Positions 49,863 to 63,960 of a DNA stretch of 64,000 bases are shown one piece after another. Within the stretch, counting starts at the first letter, position 1. Every line of letters starts with the position of its first letter. Source of the stretch: Eledone cirrhosa (taxonomy: Eukaryota); assembly GCA_964016885.1 (NCBI GenBank), contig OZ024741.1, positions 411,866,001 to 411,930,000 on the forward strand, read 5' to 3'. A model generated the notes under the pieces. That model saw nothing but the letters and a program-made list of their open reading frames with translations, was not told the DNA's origin and ran no database searches. Position numbers and translations under genes: made by a program.

Positions 49863-49946
49863 ACCCTCTGACGAAAGTCTTCTTCTCAATGAATTTCCGC
49901 ATGGATTATCCATTTATTTTGAGACTTGAAACCGCGCGGTAAGGGT
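49863..49946 (+). ncRNA. Type I hammerhead with loop II insert
   Basis: ACCCT-CTGACGA-AAGTCT...AGACTT-GAAAC-CGCGCG-GTA-AGGGT; palindromic stem III. Confidence 0.88.
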
Positions 49947-50016
49947 AGTTATAGCAGGTACAGTGAACTTTTTAAAATTTATTTTAAAACTTTTTCTTAT
50001 TTGCTAAACCTTGATT

Positions 50017-51165
<1,149 letters not shown>

Positions 51166-51167
51166 TT

Positions 51168-52560
51168 TAATAATAATGAAATTATTGTGCACAGTGCTCA
51201 GGTGCACTACAACTCGTCAATGGTGCATGTATAGTACATAGAATAATATACAAATGTCAGGGAAGTGAATAGTGTATGAGTCATGATATACATGTGTGTA
51301 TGTGTATGGAGGGGGAACATTAACTGTAGTGTTGGCGAATCTCGGGAAGCATGGAGGTTTTAAAGGATGCAGTGTCTCGAGAGCTAACAACTGATGCAGG
51401 TAGTTTGTTCCATGCTTCAGCAACTCTGAGCGTGAAAAAATGTTTCCAAAAGTCATGGGAACTGTGCTGTTTTCTGACTTTGTGGGCACGTCCACATGTG
51501 TTAGACACATGGAAATCAAAAAGGTACTCAGGGTTGTTGTTGGCAAGATGGTTAACAATTTTGTGGGTGTTTACCAAGTCAGTTGCCAGGCGTCGGAGCT
51601 TCAATGTATCCATGCCCAGGGAAGCAAGGCGTTCAGAGTATGGTAGATACCTGATGGAGGGTATTCGCTTGGTTGCAAGTCTCTGAACAGTTTCCAGGAA
51701 GTCAATGTTCTGAGCAAGATAGGGGTTCCAGACTGGTGATGCAAATTCTAAGTGTGGCCGCACCATAGCCATGTACAGCCTTAAATAGATAGCTGGAGAG
51801 CGGCTGACAAAGGTCTTGCTGAGTGATGCTAAGACACCCTCAGCCCTCTTGACAATTTTAGAGACGTGCTTCGTCCAACGCAAATCGCTGCTGACCATAA
51901 TGCCCAGGTCACGTTCACAAGAAGACTTCTTGATATTAGTGCTGTAGTGGGAGTATGTGGACGCTGGGTTTTTACTCCCAAAATGCATGGTGGTGCACTT
52001 GTCCACAGCTAGCTTGAGTTGCCAGTCTGAGATCCATTGTTGCATTGTGTCCAGGTCAGACTGCAAGCAAGATCTATAGTGTTCAGGATCTGTCCTTTTT
52101 ATCTCAAGGTACAGCTTGATGTCAACTGCGTACTTTAGTACTGTGGCATTCTTTAAGTTGGCATCTATGTCATTAATATATACCACAAACAAAAGGGGGC
52201 CAAGAACAGATACCTGTGGTACACCAGATGACATCTCATATGGTGAGGAATGCTGTCCCAGAACCGTGACTACCTCTCTTCGACTGAGAATGAAGGACTT
52301 CAACCAGTTAAAAAGATCATCCCTCACACCCATTGCAGAGAGTTTTGCCATAAGCCTTTTGTGTGGCACAGAATTGAAATCTTTCGCAAAGTCATGGTAA
52401 ACAACATCCACCCATGAGCCGCCATCAGTGATCCGGGTGATGTCTTCAAGAAACTCGATAAGTTGATCACAGCAGCTGGAATTGGGAATAAATCCAAATT
52501 GCGAGGGCTGGATAAGACTGTGAGAGTTCAAGAAAATCCAAAGTGCTTCTCTGACACAGG
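51168..52560 (-). mobile_element. 5'-truncated CR1-group LINE (RT domain)
   Basis: ORF 51320..52579: QFGF, SGVPQVSVLGPLLF, YAVD (decayed YADD), HLEFASPVWNP; (ATT)n tail. Confidence 0.9.
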
Positions 52561-53896
52561 ATTCCGTATACAGACCCACGTGTGTATCTCATACTTCTCT
52601 TATGTACTATCTCAAACGCATACATGTTCCTTCTTCTTTTTGTATATATTTTCTGCACACATTTTCTATGTACGGTCTGCACGTACTATTTACTGTAATA
52701 CCATGAACGCCCATTATGTGGCTTTGCGTGAAGATTCCATATGTGGATTGATCTATGTTCGCAATATAACAACATCTCTGTAGACACATATAACAAGGTG
52801 CAACCTTTCATGTATAGCACACTGTGTATCTTTATGTGCCGTTATATGTATATTTTTATACATTTTTATATTTCTTTTATATATATGTATGTATGTGTAT
52901 ATATATATGTATATATATATATGTGTGTATGTATATATATATGTATATGGTTATATTGTTTATATATGTGCATGTTTATAACAAGATGCATCCTTTCATG
53001 TATGACCCATTGTGTATCTTTATATGACTTTGTGTATATATCCTATTTGTGTATATATATATGTATCTTTTATGCGTGCGTGGGCGTGTATGTGAATATG
53101 CGCATATTTGTAAGAGTGTATATGAGCCAGTGTGTGTGTGTACAAGCACCCACTGTAGGGAAAGGGTTTGTTTGTGTGTGTGTATATATATATATGTGTG
53201 TGTGTTTACGAGTGAGTGTGTATCTGTGCCTGTATATATGGATACGTGTGTGTATGTGTGTGTGCATGGGGGAAAAAGAAGGGGGGTGTCTATGTATATG
53301 TCTGTACGCCTGTGTGTGTGTGAGTGTGTTGATGTATATAGGCATGTAGGCATGCGTCTGTGTATGCGTATGTTTATAGGTTTATATGTTCTCCTTAAAT
53401 GTGTGTGTATGGCGGGAGTCTATGCGTACGACTGTCGTTATCTATGTGATTGTGGGGGGGGGGGGGGTATGTGTGTGTGAGTGCGTGCGTGGACATGTGA
53501 ACTACCAACCCCAGCAGTAATTCATTGAAGTGTGGCAGACATGGGACAGCTGATGGTCAGCCGAGCGGTACCTGTGGTCAGAATTATGATGACGTAGACA
53601 ACCAGCGGCCAATAACAGGACGTGCGAAGAGGATGAAGTTTTTGACGCTAACACCCCAGTGAAAGAATTTGCTCCGAAATCATTAGACGTGTCTGTCGAA
53701 CCTGCACGTCCAGAATCAGACAGGTCCACACAATGATCGCGTCTCGAGCAGTCCACCGGCGAAACAGTTGTAACACACAATAAATTGAGTTCAGATGCAT
53801 CACTGGTTTTTCGTTTTATATTATATTATACTCTGCTCTGTAAGAGCATAGAGTGGTCAACAGGCATACCGCCTATGGAAGCATCTTAGCTACCAT

Positions 53897-54111
<215 letters not shown>

Positions 54112-54157
54112 CGTAAAATAAGAAAATTATAAAATTAACTTACTTACTAAAATTTCA

Positions 54158-54237
54158 CTCCCAACTAATTAGTTTCTGAAATGGAATAAATATATTTTCC
54201 GAAGAAAATATAGAGAATCATTTCGTCATCTGGGAAG
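54158..54237 (-). ncRNA. Degenerate hammerhead-like motif (CAGAUGA)
   Basis: CTTCC-CAGATGA-CGAAATG...CATTTCA-GAAAC-TAATTA-GTT-GGGAG. Confidence 0.5.
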
Positions 54238-54829
54238 ACTATTCTCAGCTAAGTATCCAGGCAAAGCGGGGACTCTGGAAACTTATACAAAAATAATTCA
54301 GTGGATAGAAAATAGCAAAGCGTGGACTGAATTCCTAGCCATTGAGAAAATCACTGCCTCTGCGTCGGTGGCAAATTCAAAAAGAATCAATCACGTGACA
54401 TCGAGGTCAATCAGTGGAAAGTGGTTTGTTAATAAGACAGCGGCCTGCCTGCTACCATAGCAGCAGTCTTGGCCAATATTATATATAATAGTGGCAATAA
54501 TAGTGGCCTATATATATATATATATAATAGTGGCAATAATAATATAAAAGGAGTATTAAAACTGCGTTACCAGATGGTTAAATGTTCACTTCAGAGAATC
54601 TTCACAAAAAAACCATTAACAGTTCTTCAAAGGTTTAAAAAAAAAAAACGTTTCAAAAACAATATCAAAACAATAGTTTTATGAGGCAATTTAAAAATAG
54701 TTTGAGTTTAGTAATGGTATAGGGATGACAAGTGAGATCTAGAGAGAGGAAAGGTTTCTAGAAAAAATTTATGTGTGTGGAATCATGATTAAGTAAATAA
54801 ATAAACACAAATGTTTACTATTCTAAAAT

Positions 54830-55010
54830 AATTGTTTCTACTTTTTGGCACAAGGCCAGCAAATACCCAGTGCATTACTGGTACTTTATTTTATCGACTC
54901 CGTAAGGATGAAAGGCAAAGTTAACCTCGGCGGGATTTGAACTCAGAATGGCAAGGGCCGTAACTCTGTACGTCAAAGCATGGCGTCCGACCCTCTACCG
55001 ATACTGCCAA
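54830..55010 (-). mobile_element. SINE family A
   Basis: Matches 428-608. Confidence 0.85.
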
Positions 55011-55189
55011 ACCACTAAAATAATGATAAAATTTAAATTTAAATCAGGATCGTTTCCAACTACAAGTAACCATTGATATCGCCAAAACGAATTGTATTAC
55101 CCCGATTTCATTAACGAGAAACTTCATTTAATCATGATTCTACGCATATAAATCTTTCATAGAAAGCATAGTATATCAATAACTACATT

Positions 55190-55338
55190 ATTGGCAGTAT
55201 CGGTAGAGGGTTGGACGCCATGCTTTCCAGCATAGACTGAGTTCAAATCTTTGCCTTTCATCCTTACGGGGTCGATAAAATAAAGCACCAGTAATGTACT
55301 GGGTAATTGCTGGCCTTGTGCCAAATGTAGAAACAATT
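55190..55338 (+). mobile_element. SINE family A (internal deletions)
   Basis: Matches 17720-17900. Confidence 0.8.
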
Positions 55339-55661
55339 ATTTTGCATTCTTCTGTATATCCACAAATTCTCTGAATATCCACAAATGATTTAGCAAAAAA
55401 ATATCTAAAAGCAGGTTTGTTAACTCAAATGTTTACAGTCTATAACCATCAGAAGATTTGCCAATCACTTAAGACATTACAATTTAACCTCCCAATCAAT
55501 AAACACATACCCTCACACCGAAGTATTCATTAGTCTCTTTAGACATATATCTTAGGTATCTTTATGAAGGGTTAGGTCACTCTGTAAATATTGAGATTTT
55601 GGCGGGGGGGGGGGGGGTGTGTTATCTCTTAAAAAATGTATTTAATATATCAGGCTTTATC

Positions 55662-55901
55662 TTGTTGTTGTTGTTATAGTTGTTACTGTTGTTGTTGTTA
55701 CTGTTGTTGCTGCTGTTGTTGTTGTTGTTACTGTTGTTGTTGCTGTTGTTGTTGTTATAGTTGTTAGTTGTTGTTGTTACTGTTGTTGTTATAGTTGTTA
55801 CTGTTGTTGTTGTTGTTACTGTTGTTGTTGCTGCTGTTGTTATTGTTGTTACTGTTGTTGTTGCTGCTGCTGTTGTTGTTACTGTTGTTGTTGTTACTGT
55901 T

Positions 55902-55932
<31 letters not shown>

Positions 55933-56152
55933 TTACTGTTGTTGTTGCTGTTGTTGTTGCTGATGCTGTTGTTGTTGTTGCTGTTGCTATTGTTGTTGGT
56001 GTTGTTGTTTTTACTGCTGTTGTTGCTATTGTTATAGTTGTTACTGTAGTTGTTGTTGTTACTGTTGTTGTTGTTACTGCTGCTGCTGTTACTGTTGTTG
56101 TTACTGCTGTTACTGCTGTTACTGTTACTGTTGTTGTTGTTGTTGTTGTTGT
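55662..56152. repeat. (TTG/CTG)n microsatellite
   Basis: Direct. Confidence 0.95.
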
Positions 56153-56250
56153 AGCAGGAGACTACATCTGTGTTATTCCACCCTCCAGATGTAGAAATAC
56201 ACAGAACAATCAACCTTGCTTCTCACTCCATTGTTATAAGTTCCAATCTA

Positions 56251-56650
56251 CAGCAGCTGAATCTACAAATGTACATACACGGATAACATTGAGGCTGTAA
56301 GTTGACAGAGTCACCTCGGTGTAGGATTCAATACTTTACTATTATAATATTGAGGCTGTAAGTTGACAGAGTCACCTCGGTGTAGGATTCAATACTTTAC
56401 TATTATAATATTGAGGGTGTAAGTTGACAGAGTCACTTTGGTGTAGGACTCAATACTTTACTATTATAATATTGAGGCTGTAAGTTGACAGAGTCACTAG
56501 TGTGTTGGGTTGAATCTACACCATAGTGACTCTGTCAACTTACTGTCTTAATATAATAGCAAAGTATTGAATCCTACACCTTACTAACTCTATCAACTTA
56601 CAGCCACAATATTATTTAATGTGTGTGTAAATTTGTAGATTCAGCTGCTG
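56251..56650. mobile_element. Foldback-type MITE with TA target duplication and internal 61-bp tandem repeats
   Basis: TA|CAGCAGCTGAATCTACAAAT ... ATTTGTAGATTCAGCTGCTG|TA; units at 56288, 56349, 56410, 56471 and inverted after ~56515. Confidence 0.85.
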
Positions 56651-56884
56651 TAAACATTTTAGGGGCAAAACCAACTGGGAGAAGACCCAGGGGTAGACTC
56701 CGAGCAAGAGGGTTGGATAACATCCATGAGTTCAGCTGGTCTCACTTGGGGATCCAGCTGGATCAGTTGGAGATGGTGGCTTCTGACAGGACCTGATGGA
56801 GGGAGTGTTTCAGGACTCTGCCCCCTCCACCACCATCTCAGCAATAAGTGGGAGAAGAAGAAGAAGAAGAAGAAGAAGAAGAAG

Positions 56885-56916
<32 letters not shown>

Positions 56917-57182
56917 GAAGAAGAGGAAGAAGAAGAAGTTATGATCCAAATAATACATAACAATCATGAGTTGAGAAATTAAAATATTTTATTAACAAAA
57001 GTTTGTATTGTCTGTCATTTTAAATTAATTTTGTGATTCTTGTTGTAAAGTCCATCTTGTGAGAATGATGAGAGTCTGTTAATAATCTATGAGTAAATTA
57101 CATTATATTGCTTAACGAAGGTTAATTAGATGACATTACAAGGATTAACAAAGCAATTTATTAGATATACATAGAACGTGTA

Positions 57183-57217
<35 letters not shown>

Positions 57218-57231
57218 CATATATATATATA

Positions 57232-57635
57232 TGGTGGCTGCCAACTCGTTTTCGAGTACGGCCACTACTTTATATCCATGTAGGAGAACCCCTACCGATG
57301 CGCTGAACGAGTGTGACTTTTTAGTCCAGCCAGCGAGTTGAAAACTCTGGTACAAACACTACACCTGTGACAATTATTGACACATGGTGCTGGGCCCATG
57401 GTACCATGTGACGACAAGTGCAGAGAGATCCCCAGATATAAAGCAATACCTGTGCCGTGAAGCTTTTATAGTGAGCAAAGGCACTGCACAAAGCCAGTCC
57501 CACTCTCTTAACCAAGATGATATTTACCAAAAAAGAACAAGTCAACATCATTGGATACCATCAGGGTTGCAGGTGTTATATCAGAGTTTTCCTTCTCCTA
57601 GAATTCTGCCTTGACAAAGGCTAAGGGGTCATCTA
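57232..57635 (-). mobile_element. Second copy of the 8830-9235 dispersed repeat
   Basis: Homologous ORF text on opposite strands (8901..9146 vs 57321..57551). Confidence 0.8.
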
Positions 57636-57656
57636 TATATATATATATGTATGTGT

Positions 57657-57701
<45 letters not shown>

Positions 57702-57739
57702 ATATTTATAAATTGAAACTATATTTATAAAACCATATT

Positions 57740-57805
57740 TATTTTATTATACATATTTCAAGGGCAACCAAGGCAAATTATGGTGCGCTTTCATCAGATA
57801 AAATA
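57740..57805 (-). ncRNA. Minimal hammerhead, homolog of 17628-17688
   Basis: TATTTTAT-CTGATGA-AAGCGCACCA..TGGTTGCCCTT-GAAA-TATGTA-TA-ATAAAATA. Confidence 0.65.
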
Positions 57806-57924
57806 CAGATTTGTTTTATAAATAAATATTGACATACCCGGAAAAAAAGACAACCTTAACGGTTGGAGCTTCCTGGATAGTGGAGATATTACATTTATTG
57901 AGGGTAATACATTTATTGAGGGTC

Positions 57925-58683
57925 TATTTTTATCGCCCTGCACTTTTTTATACAGCTGTCATCTTTCATGCGCATCACGTGACCATACCAACGTAGCCTT
58001 CTCTTGAGTAAACAACATCTGATCCCTCTTATTTCTAATTTTTCCCTTAGTTCGTTTATGCTTTGCCGTTCACGTATATTACTATTACACATCCAGCGGA
58101 GCATGCAGGCTTCGTTCCTCTCCAGTCTGCGTATATCCTCTGCACACAATGCCCAGGTCTCACTGCCATGCAACATTGCTGTTCGTATGCAGGCATCATA
58201 CAGCCTGCCTTTCATTTTTAGGGAGAGCCCTTTAGCGGCTAATAGTGGTATAAGCTCTCTGAACTTTTTCCATCCAGTTCTGACTCTAGCTACTGTACTT
58301 TCAGAGCACGCTCCCCCACTGCTGATTTTGTCACCCAGGTAACGGAAGGTGTCCACTATTTCTATAGAACCATCTGTGCAATCGAATGAGCTAGTATTCT
58401 GTGGGCACTTGCCATATATAAAATCTATATTCTTAGTTAGCTTACCTGTGATCCCACTACATCTTTTATGCACCCATACTTTCCATTTGGGACATAAAAT
58501 GGAGTTTCTGCCTACTCCTTTCCTACACACTGAGCATGGCCATTTCCCAGATGGGACTGGTGTCCTATTATCCTTCCTACAAACTAGAACTTTAGTCTGA
58601 GACAAGTTAACTTTAAGGCCTTTTGATTCTAGGCCATGCTTCAATGTTTGGAATTTCTTCTCTAGTTCAGCCATTGATTCAGC
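57925..58683 (-). mobile_element. RTE family 2 internal fragment
   Basis: ORF 57913..58779: CSVCRK..WVHKRC, FRYLG, HGSETW. Confidence 0.88.
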
Positions 58684-58859
58684 TATATATATATATATAT
58701 GTATGTATCTATATATTACTTCTACCTGGACTTGCGACCGATAGATAGTATTAGCAACTGGGAAGATCGACGTAAACATAGTTTCCTCGGTCCGATTTGA
58801 CGAAAATCAATCGATATATATATATATATATGTTTTTTTATTAAGGCTAAATGGTGAGC

Positions 58860-58907
58860 CTTGTTACTCTGGAGTTTCGCCTGTTTATCACAGGGTCATA
58901 AGACAAG
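58860..58907 (-). ncRNA. Inactivated minimal hammerhead (CTTATGA)
   Basis: CTTGT-CTTATGA-C-CCTGT/ACAGG-C-GAAAC-TCCAGA-GTA-ACAAG; G5 mutated. Confidence 0.55.
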
Positions 58908-58980
58908 AATTCTTATTAAAATGAATATTATAACTCTACTTCACTTTTGAGTACTCTTTTCTCTCATCTGTCAACCACAT

Positions 58981-60340
58981 ATCATCATCATCATCATCAT
59001 CAGCGTTTAACGTCCGTGTTCCACGCTTGCATGGGTTTGGACGGGGGTAGTCCCACTTGAGGCAAGAGTGATTGTCTTGCTCGCATAGGACTGTCTGGCA
59101 GGTTTTCTACAGTTGGATGCCCTTCCTAACACCAACCACATTTACAGTGTGGGTCTGGGAGGTTTTTACCGTGTTGCCTACACGGCCACATTACAGCGTG
59201 GACTGTGTGTTTTTTTGTCGTGACACCTACACGATCTCATTTGTTTCGGCCTCGATGGCGCGGCACCAACATAACTTTACATAGAACGGGGGGGTGTGGA
59301 TCGGGTGGGGGTGGTGGGACGGGGTGTATTTGTTAGAGATGCCTACTGGCTGGAGTAGGTTTTACTATATATTTAGGTAAGGCGGGTCTTCTCTGTTACT
59401 GAGTACCGCCAAAGGTCTCGGTCCAGTGACATTGTCTTGGAGAGGTGTAAGTGTGTGATGTCGGAGTTTATCAGCTCGTCCCAGGTTTTTCTAGGTCTGC
59501 CTATTCCGTGACTACCGTCTATCTTTATTGCCCTGCACTTTGTTATACAGCTATCGACTTTCATGCGCATCACGTGTCCATACCAACGTAGCCTTCTCTC
59601 GAGTAAACAACATCTGATCCCTCTTATCTCTAATTTATTCCTTAGTTCGTTTATGCTTTGCCGTTCACGTATATTACTGTTACACATCCAGCGGAGCATG
59701 CAAGCTTCGTTCCTCTCTAGTCTGCGTATATCCTCTGCACACAATGCCCAGGTCTCACTGCCATGCAGCATTGCTGTTCGTATGCAGGCATCGTACAACC
59801 TGCCTTTCATTTTTAGTGAGAACCCTTTAGCAGCTAATAGTGGTATAAGCTCTCTGAACTTTTTCCAACCAGTTCTGACTCTAGCTACAGTACTTTCAGA
59901 GCACCCTCCCCCACTGCTGATTTTATCGCCCAGGTAACGGAAGCTGTCCACTATTTCTATAGAACCCTCTGCGCAATTGAAAGAGCTAGTAGTTTGTGGG
60001 CACTTGCTGCTACTTATTGCACCAGAGCACCGGCCACATGTAAAATCTATGTTCTTAGTTAGCCTACCTGTGATCCCACTACATCTTTTATGCACCCATA
60101 CTTTGCATTTAGGACATAAAATGGAGTTTCTACCTACGCCTTTCCTACACACCGAGCACGACCATTTCCCAGAAGGGACCGCCGCCTTGTTTTCTTTCCT
60201 ACAAACTAGTACTTTGGTCTTAGCCAGGTTAATTTTAAGTCCTTTTGACTCTAGGCCGTGCTTCCATGTTTGGAATTTCTTCTCTAGCTCGGCCATTGAT
60301 TCCGCTATGAGTGTCAGGTCGTCTGCGTATAGGAGTTCCC
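58981..60340 (-). mobile_element. 5'-truncated RTE family 2 LINE
   Basis: ORF 59373..60380: LLYADD, Cys/His insertion CSVC..CPKC..H..C..CGRC, HGSETW, GRPRKTW; 3'UTR and (GAT)n tail. Confidence 0.92.
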
Positions 60341-60439
60341 ATATACATATATATACATACATATGGATATATATATACACACATATATATACATATATAT
60401 ATACATACTTATGGATATATATATATACGTATAGGGTGG

Positions 60440-60853
60440 TGGATTGGCAGAATCGGTAGAGCGTCGGACACCATGCTTTGCAGCATATGGCCCTTTACGT
60501 TTTGTGGAGGCACATGGCTTAGTGGTTAGAGCATTGGCCTTGCAATCGAAAGGTTGTGAGTTCAATTCTCAGACCAGATGATGTGTTGTTTCCTTGAGCA
60601 AGACACTTTATTTCACATTGCTCCAGTTTACTCAGCTGTAGAAATGAGATGATAGGGACTGCGGTCCCTATCATTCCACTGCAAAGTGGTCGTGGAGGTG
60701 CCACGGCAAAAAAGCACCCAGTACTCACTGTAAATGAGGTTGGTGTTAGGAAGGGCATCCAGCTGTAGAAATCAAGCCAGAATCATTTCCCATCCCACCC
60801 TTGCAAGCAGGGAAAAGCGGACGTGAAATGATGATGATGATGATGATGATGAT
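60440..60853 (+). mobile_element. SINE A head followed by a second tRNA-SINE (family B) with RTE-derived 3' tail
   Basis: TGGCTTAGTGG / GAGTTCAATTC boxes, CCTTGAGCAAGACACTT central motif, tail ggttggtgttaggaagggcatccagc shared with RTE 3'UTR 12478-12510, (GAT)n. Confidence 0.75.
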
Positions 60854-60951
60854 ATACATATATATATATATACATATATATATATACTTATATATATATA
60901 CATATATACATATATATACATATATACATATATATACATATATATATACAT

Positions 60952-60985
<34 letters not shown>

Positions 60986-61214
60986 GGAAGCCTCTACAAT
61001 TCAGGTGGGTAAGTCTTCTGGCAACAAAATCCAGTAAATCCAGTAGGAAGACAAACGTAAATAAATGTAAAAGGTGTAAGGAGAAAAGAGGATTTCGTTG
61101 CCAGATTTACCCACCTGCATTGTAGAGGCTTTCAAACTACCTATTTTTCTTAATCCACAATGCTCCAAACAAACCTGAACACTCTCTTATATATATATAT
61201 ATAACATTAACTTT

Positions 61215-63960
61215 GATAACTTTGATAGGTTTTGGCTAGTATTGGCCCAGGCCATGTCTAACTTAATAACACCACCTGGCGAAGTCTTTCAAATCAGGAT
61301 TTGGGCACTATGGCCCACTCAAGTAGAGAGCTATTGTTTACGGAGGCATATCCGGGTGTAGGAGGTTTATCCGGGATTTCTTGAAGGAATTTGTCCAAAG
61401 ACTTCTTGAACTTTATGGCGTCTGTTTCTGTTTTAATGTGTTTTGGTGTAATGTTAAAGAGTGCAGGGCCAATTGAGGTGAAATAATTGTGCCGTATTGT
61501 TATGAAATGCGAGTGAGATTTTTGTCGTGAGTGGATAGCACGGGGCCCAAGCCTTGGATGTACATTAAAGGTGATGCCAACATCATTTGGGCAATGCTGA
61601 TGGAATATTTTCCACATCATGCAGATAATGTAGCGCTCACGGTGACGTTGGAGAGAATAAAGGTTGAGCTTTTCTAATCGACCCCAATAGTCAAGGCCTG
61701 TCATGTCATCTATCTTTTTCGTGATTGACATTTGAGGTGCTTCAATTTTCATGACACTTTGTTTTGTGTGGGGAGACCACAGTGGACAACAGTATTCAAG
61801 GTGGGTCGGCCAAAAGTGGAGAAGAGAAGGATAACAGTGTGGATATCTCTCAACTGGAAGGTTCTGAGAATCCTGGAACACATTCTGCGGGCCATGTCAA
61901 CTTTGCTGTTTATATGAGTGGCCCAGCTAATGTTGTTGTCCACAATTACTCCCAAATCTCTGATGTTGTTGGATGCCTAGAGAGTTTCACTTGAAGGAAG
62001 AGAGTATGGTAGTTTCAGGGCACCCTTTTTCCCAAAGTGGATTAACTCGAACTTATCCAAACCCATGCAAGTGTGGAAGATGGACGTTAAACGATGATGA
62101 TGATGATGATGATTATCCTCATTCAACAGCACATTGTTCTTTTCTGCCCATTGCATAACAGCCAGTAGGTCTGACTGAAGTCCGGTCACCCACCTCATTG
62201 ATGGCCCTTTGGAGCTTGGAATAATCTGCAAAGATTCTTATGTTTCTGTGCTTGATGATGTCAGTAATGTCATTAATGTAGATGATGATAAGAAGTGGGC
62301 CCAACACAGTGCCTTGTGGGACACCACTCCTGACTTTGGCAGGGCTTGATTTTACTCCTTCAACTACAACATGTTGGGCTCTGTCTGTCAGGAAACATTT
62401 GATCCACTGTAGTAACCTTCCAGAGACACCAATGTTGGATAGTTTTTTCAATAGAATCTTATGATCAACCCTGTCAAAGGCCTTTCTAAAATCAAGGTAG
62501 ATGACATCAGTGTTGGAGCCCTCTCCCAAAGCTCTCAAAACATCATCAAAGTGATGCAGGAGCTGCGTTAGGCAGTCCCTTCCACTATGGAACCCATGTT
62601 GGTTGGAGTTCAGCCATCTGTTATTTTTAGGAAAGTGGGTTATTTGTGATCTCACCAAATACCTTGATGATATGAGAGGTGAGTGCGATCGGATGGTAGT
62701 TCACTGCAAGGGACTTATTTCCCTTTTTGAAAACTGGGACAACGGAGTGGGACAGAAAGTTTTCAGGAATATAGCCATCGAATGTGTGTGTTGCTGTTGG
62801 CAGTATTTTAGTGTGTTAATTCTTTTGTTTGTTCTCTTTATTTTTCTGATAATAGTTTTTCTGTTTTGGGGGATACTGCACTTAGTTTTGTTCACAGGTC
62901 TTGGTGAGGTGTGTTTTGCACATATATTTGTGACAGTTTCTACAAAGATCTGCCAAGATGTTTTGATGTTGGTGGAGATGTGTGCATGTAAAAGGCAAGT
63001 CAACATGTGATAGCTCGTTCATGATTGCATCCCAGTTGGCATTATAGAGATCCATGTTATCAAATGGGTGGTCTGGAGAGAGGTCCCTAGGATTAGCTTT
63101 CGGCTGGTGGAATCTCAGGTTACAAAGAACCATGTTATGGTCTGAAAGAAGGGTTTTTTTCCACTATAATATTATGTATAGTGTGGTTACTAAGCACTAG
63201 GTCCAAACTGTTCTGATACCTTGTTGGTGCAAGGACAAGTAGGGACAAGAAAAACTCATTCATAAAGTCAAGAAGTGACTCGACTGCTTTTTTGTCAGTG
63301 GTTGAGTTTGGAGTGCCTGGTTTCAAACTACATGTAGACAAATCAACACAGGGTAGATTAAAGTCTCCCATCAAAAGTATGTTACTAGAATGGCACTGTT
63401 TAATAAAGCATTTAATGCTGTTGAGGCCTTCTTTAAAGTGCATTATGAGTATTTGTGGTGGCCTATAGAGCCCAACTAATATCAGGTCATTGGCTTTGTT
63501 GTGCACAGTGACTGATTCACAGTAGCCATTGTAGAATGTTATGTTACCATCTGCCGTAGAGGACTCATGCAGGAACATGGCAGTTCCATCCTTCCCTCTG
63601 TCAACACGATCCGCATGGATGTTTGTGAAATTCCTCACTCTTACTTCAGCCTCCAAGTGGGAGTTGTCAAGGGGGGTCTCAGTAAGAATGAAGAAGTGGG
63701 TGTGAAATGGATGGTTACCAACCCAATCCTCAATGAATTGGACTTCCATTTTTGTGCATTGATGGAAGCACTGATACCTTGTGCATTGAGTAGAAATGTG
63801 GAGGCTTGTGTAGTGGCTGGTTTTGACTGTTGTAGGGGGCTTGTTTTGTGATTGAGTGTTAGTGACAGCAATGTGGGGGGTTGGTGCACTGGGGGTAATA
63901 TCGTAGGATGGTGTTGAGTGATGGCTAGAAGGTTTTTTTTTGTATCTCTTTTGCCAGGTT
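61215..63960 (-). mobile_element. CR1-group LINE ORF2 (APE plus RT), frameshifted and internally deleted
   Basis: ILTET..LMGDFN..LDLVL (63135..63749); QHGF..DFRKAFD..SGVPQGTVLGP..FAD (62119..62658); LEYCCPLWSP (61294..61881). Confidence 0.88.
62059..62112 (+). mobile_element. 54-bp 5'-truncated RTE/SINE tail with 6-bp TSD
   Basis: TTATCC at 62053-62058 and 62113-62118; matches 12577-12630; removal restores LNEDKFELIHFG. Confidence 0.85.
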
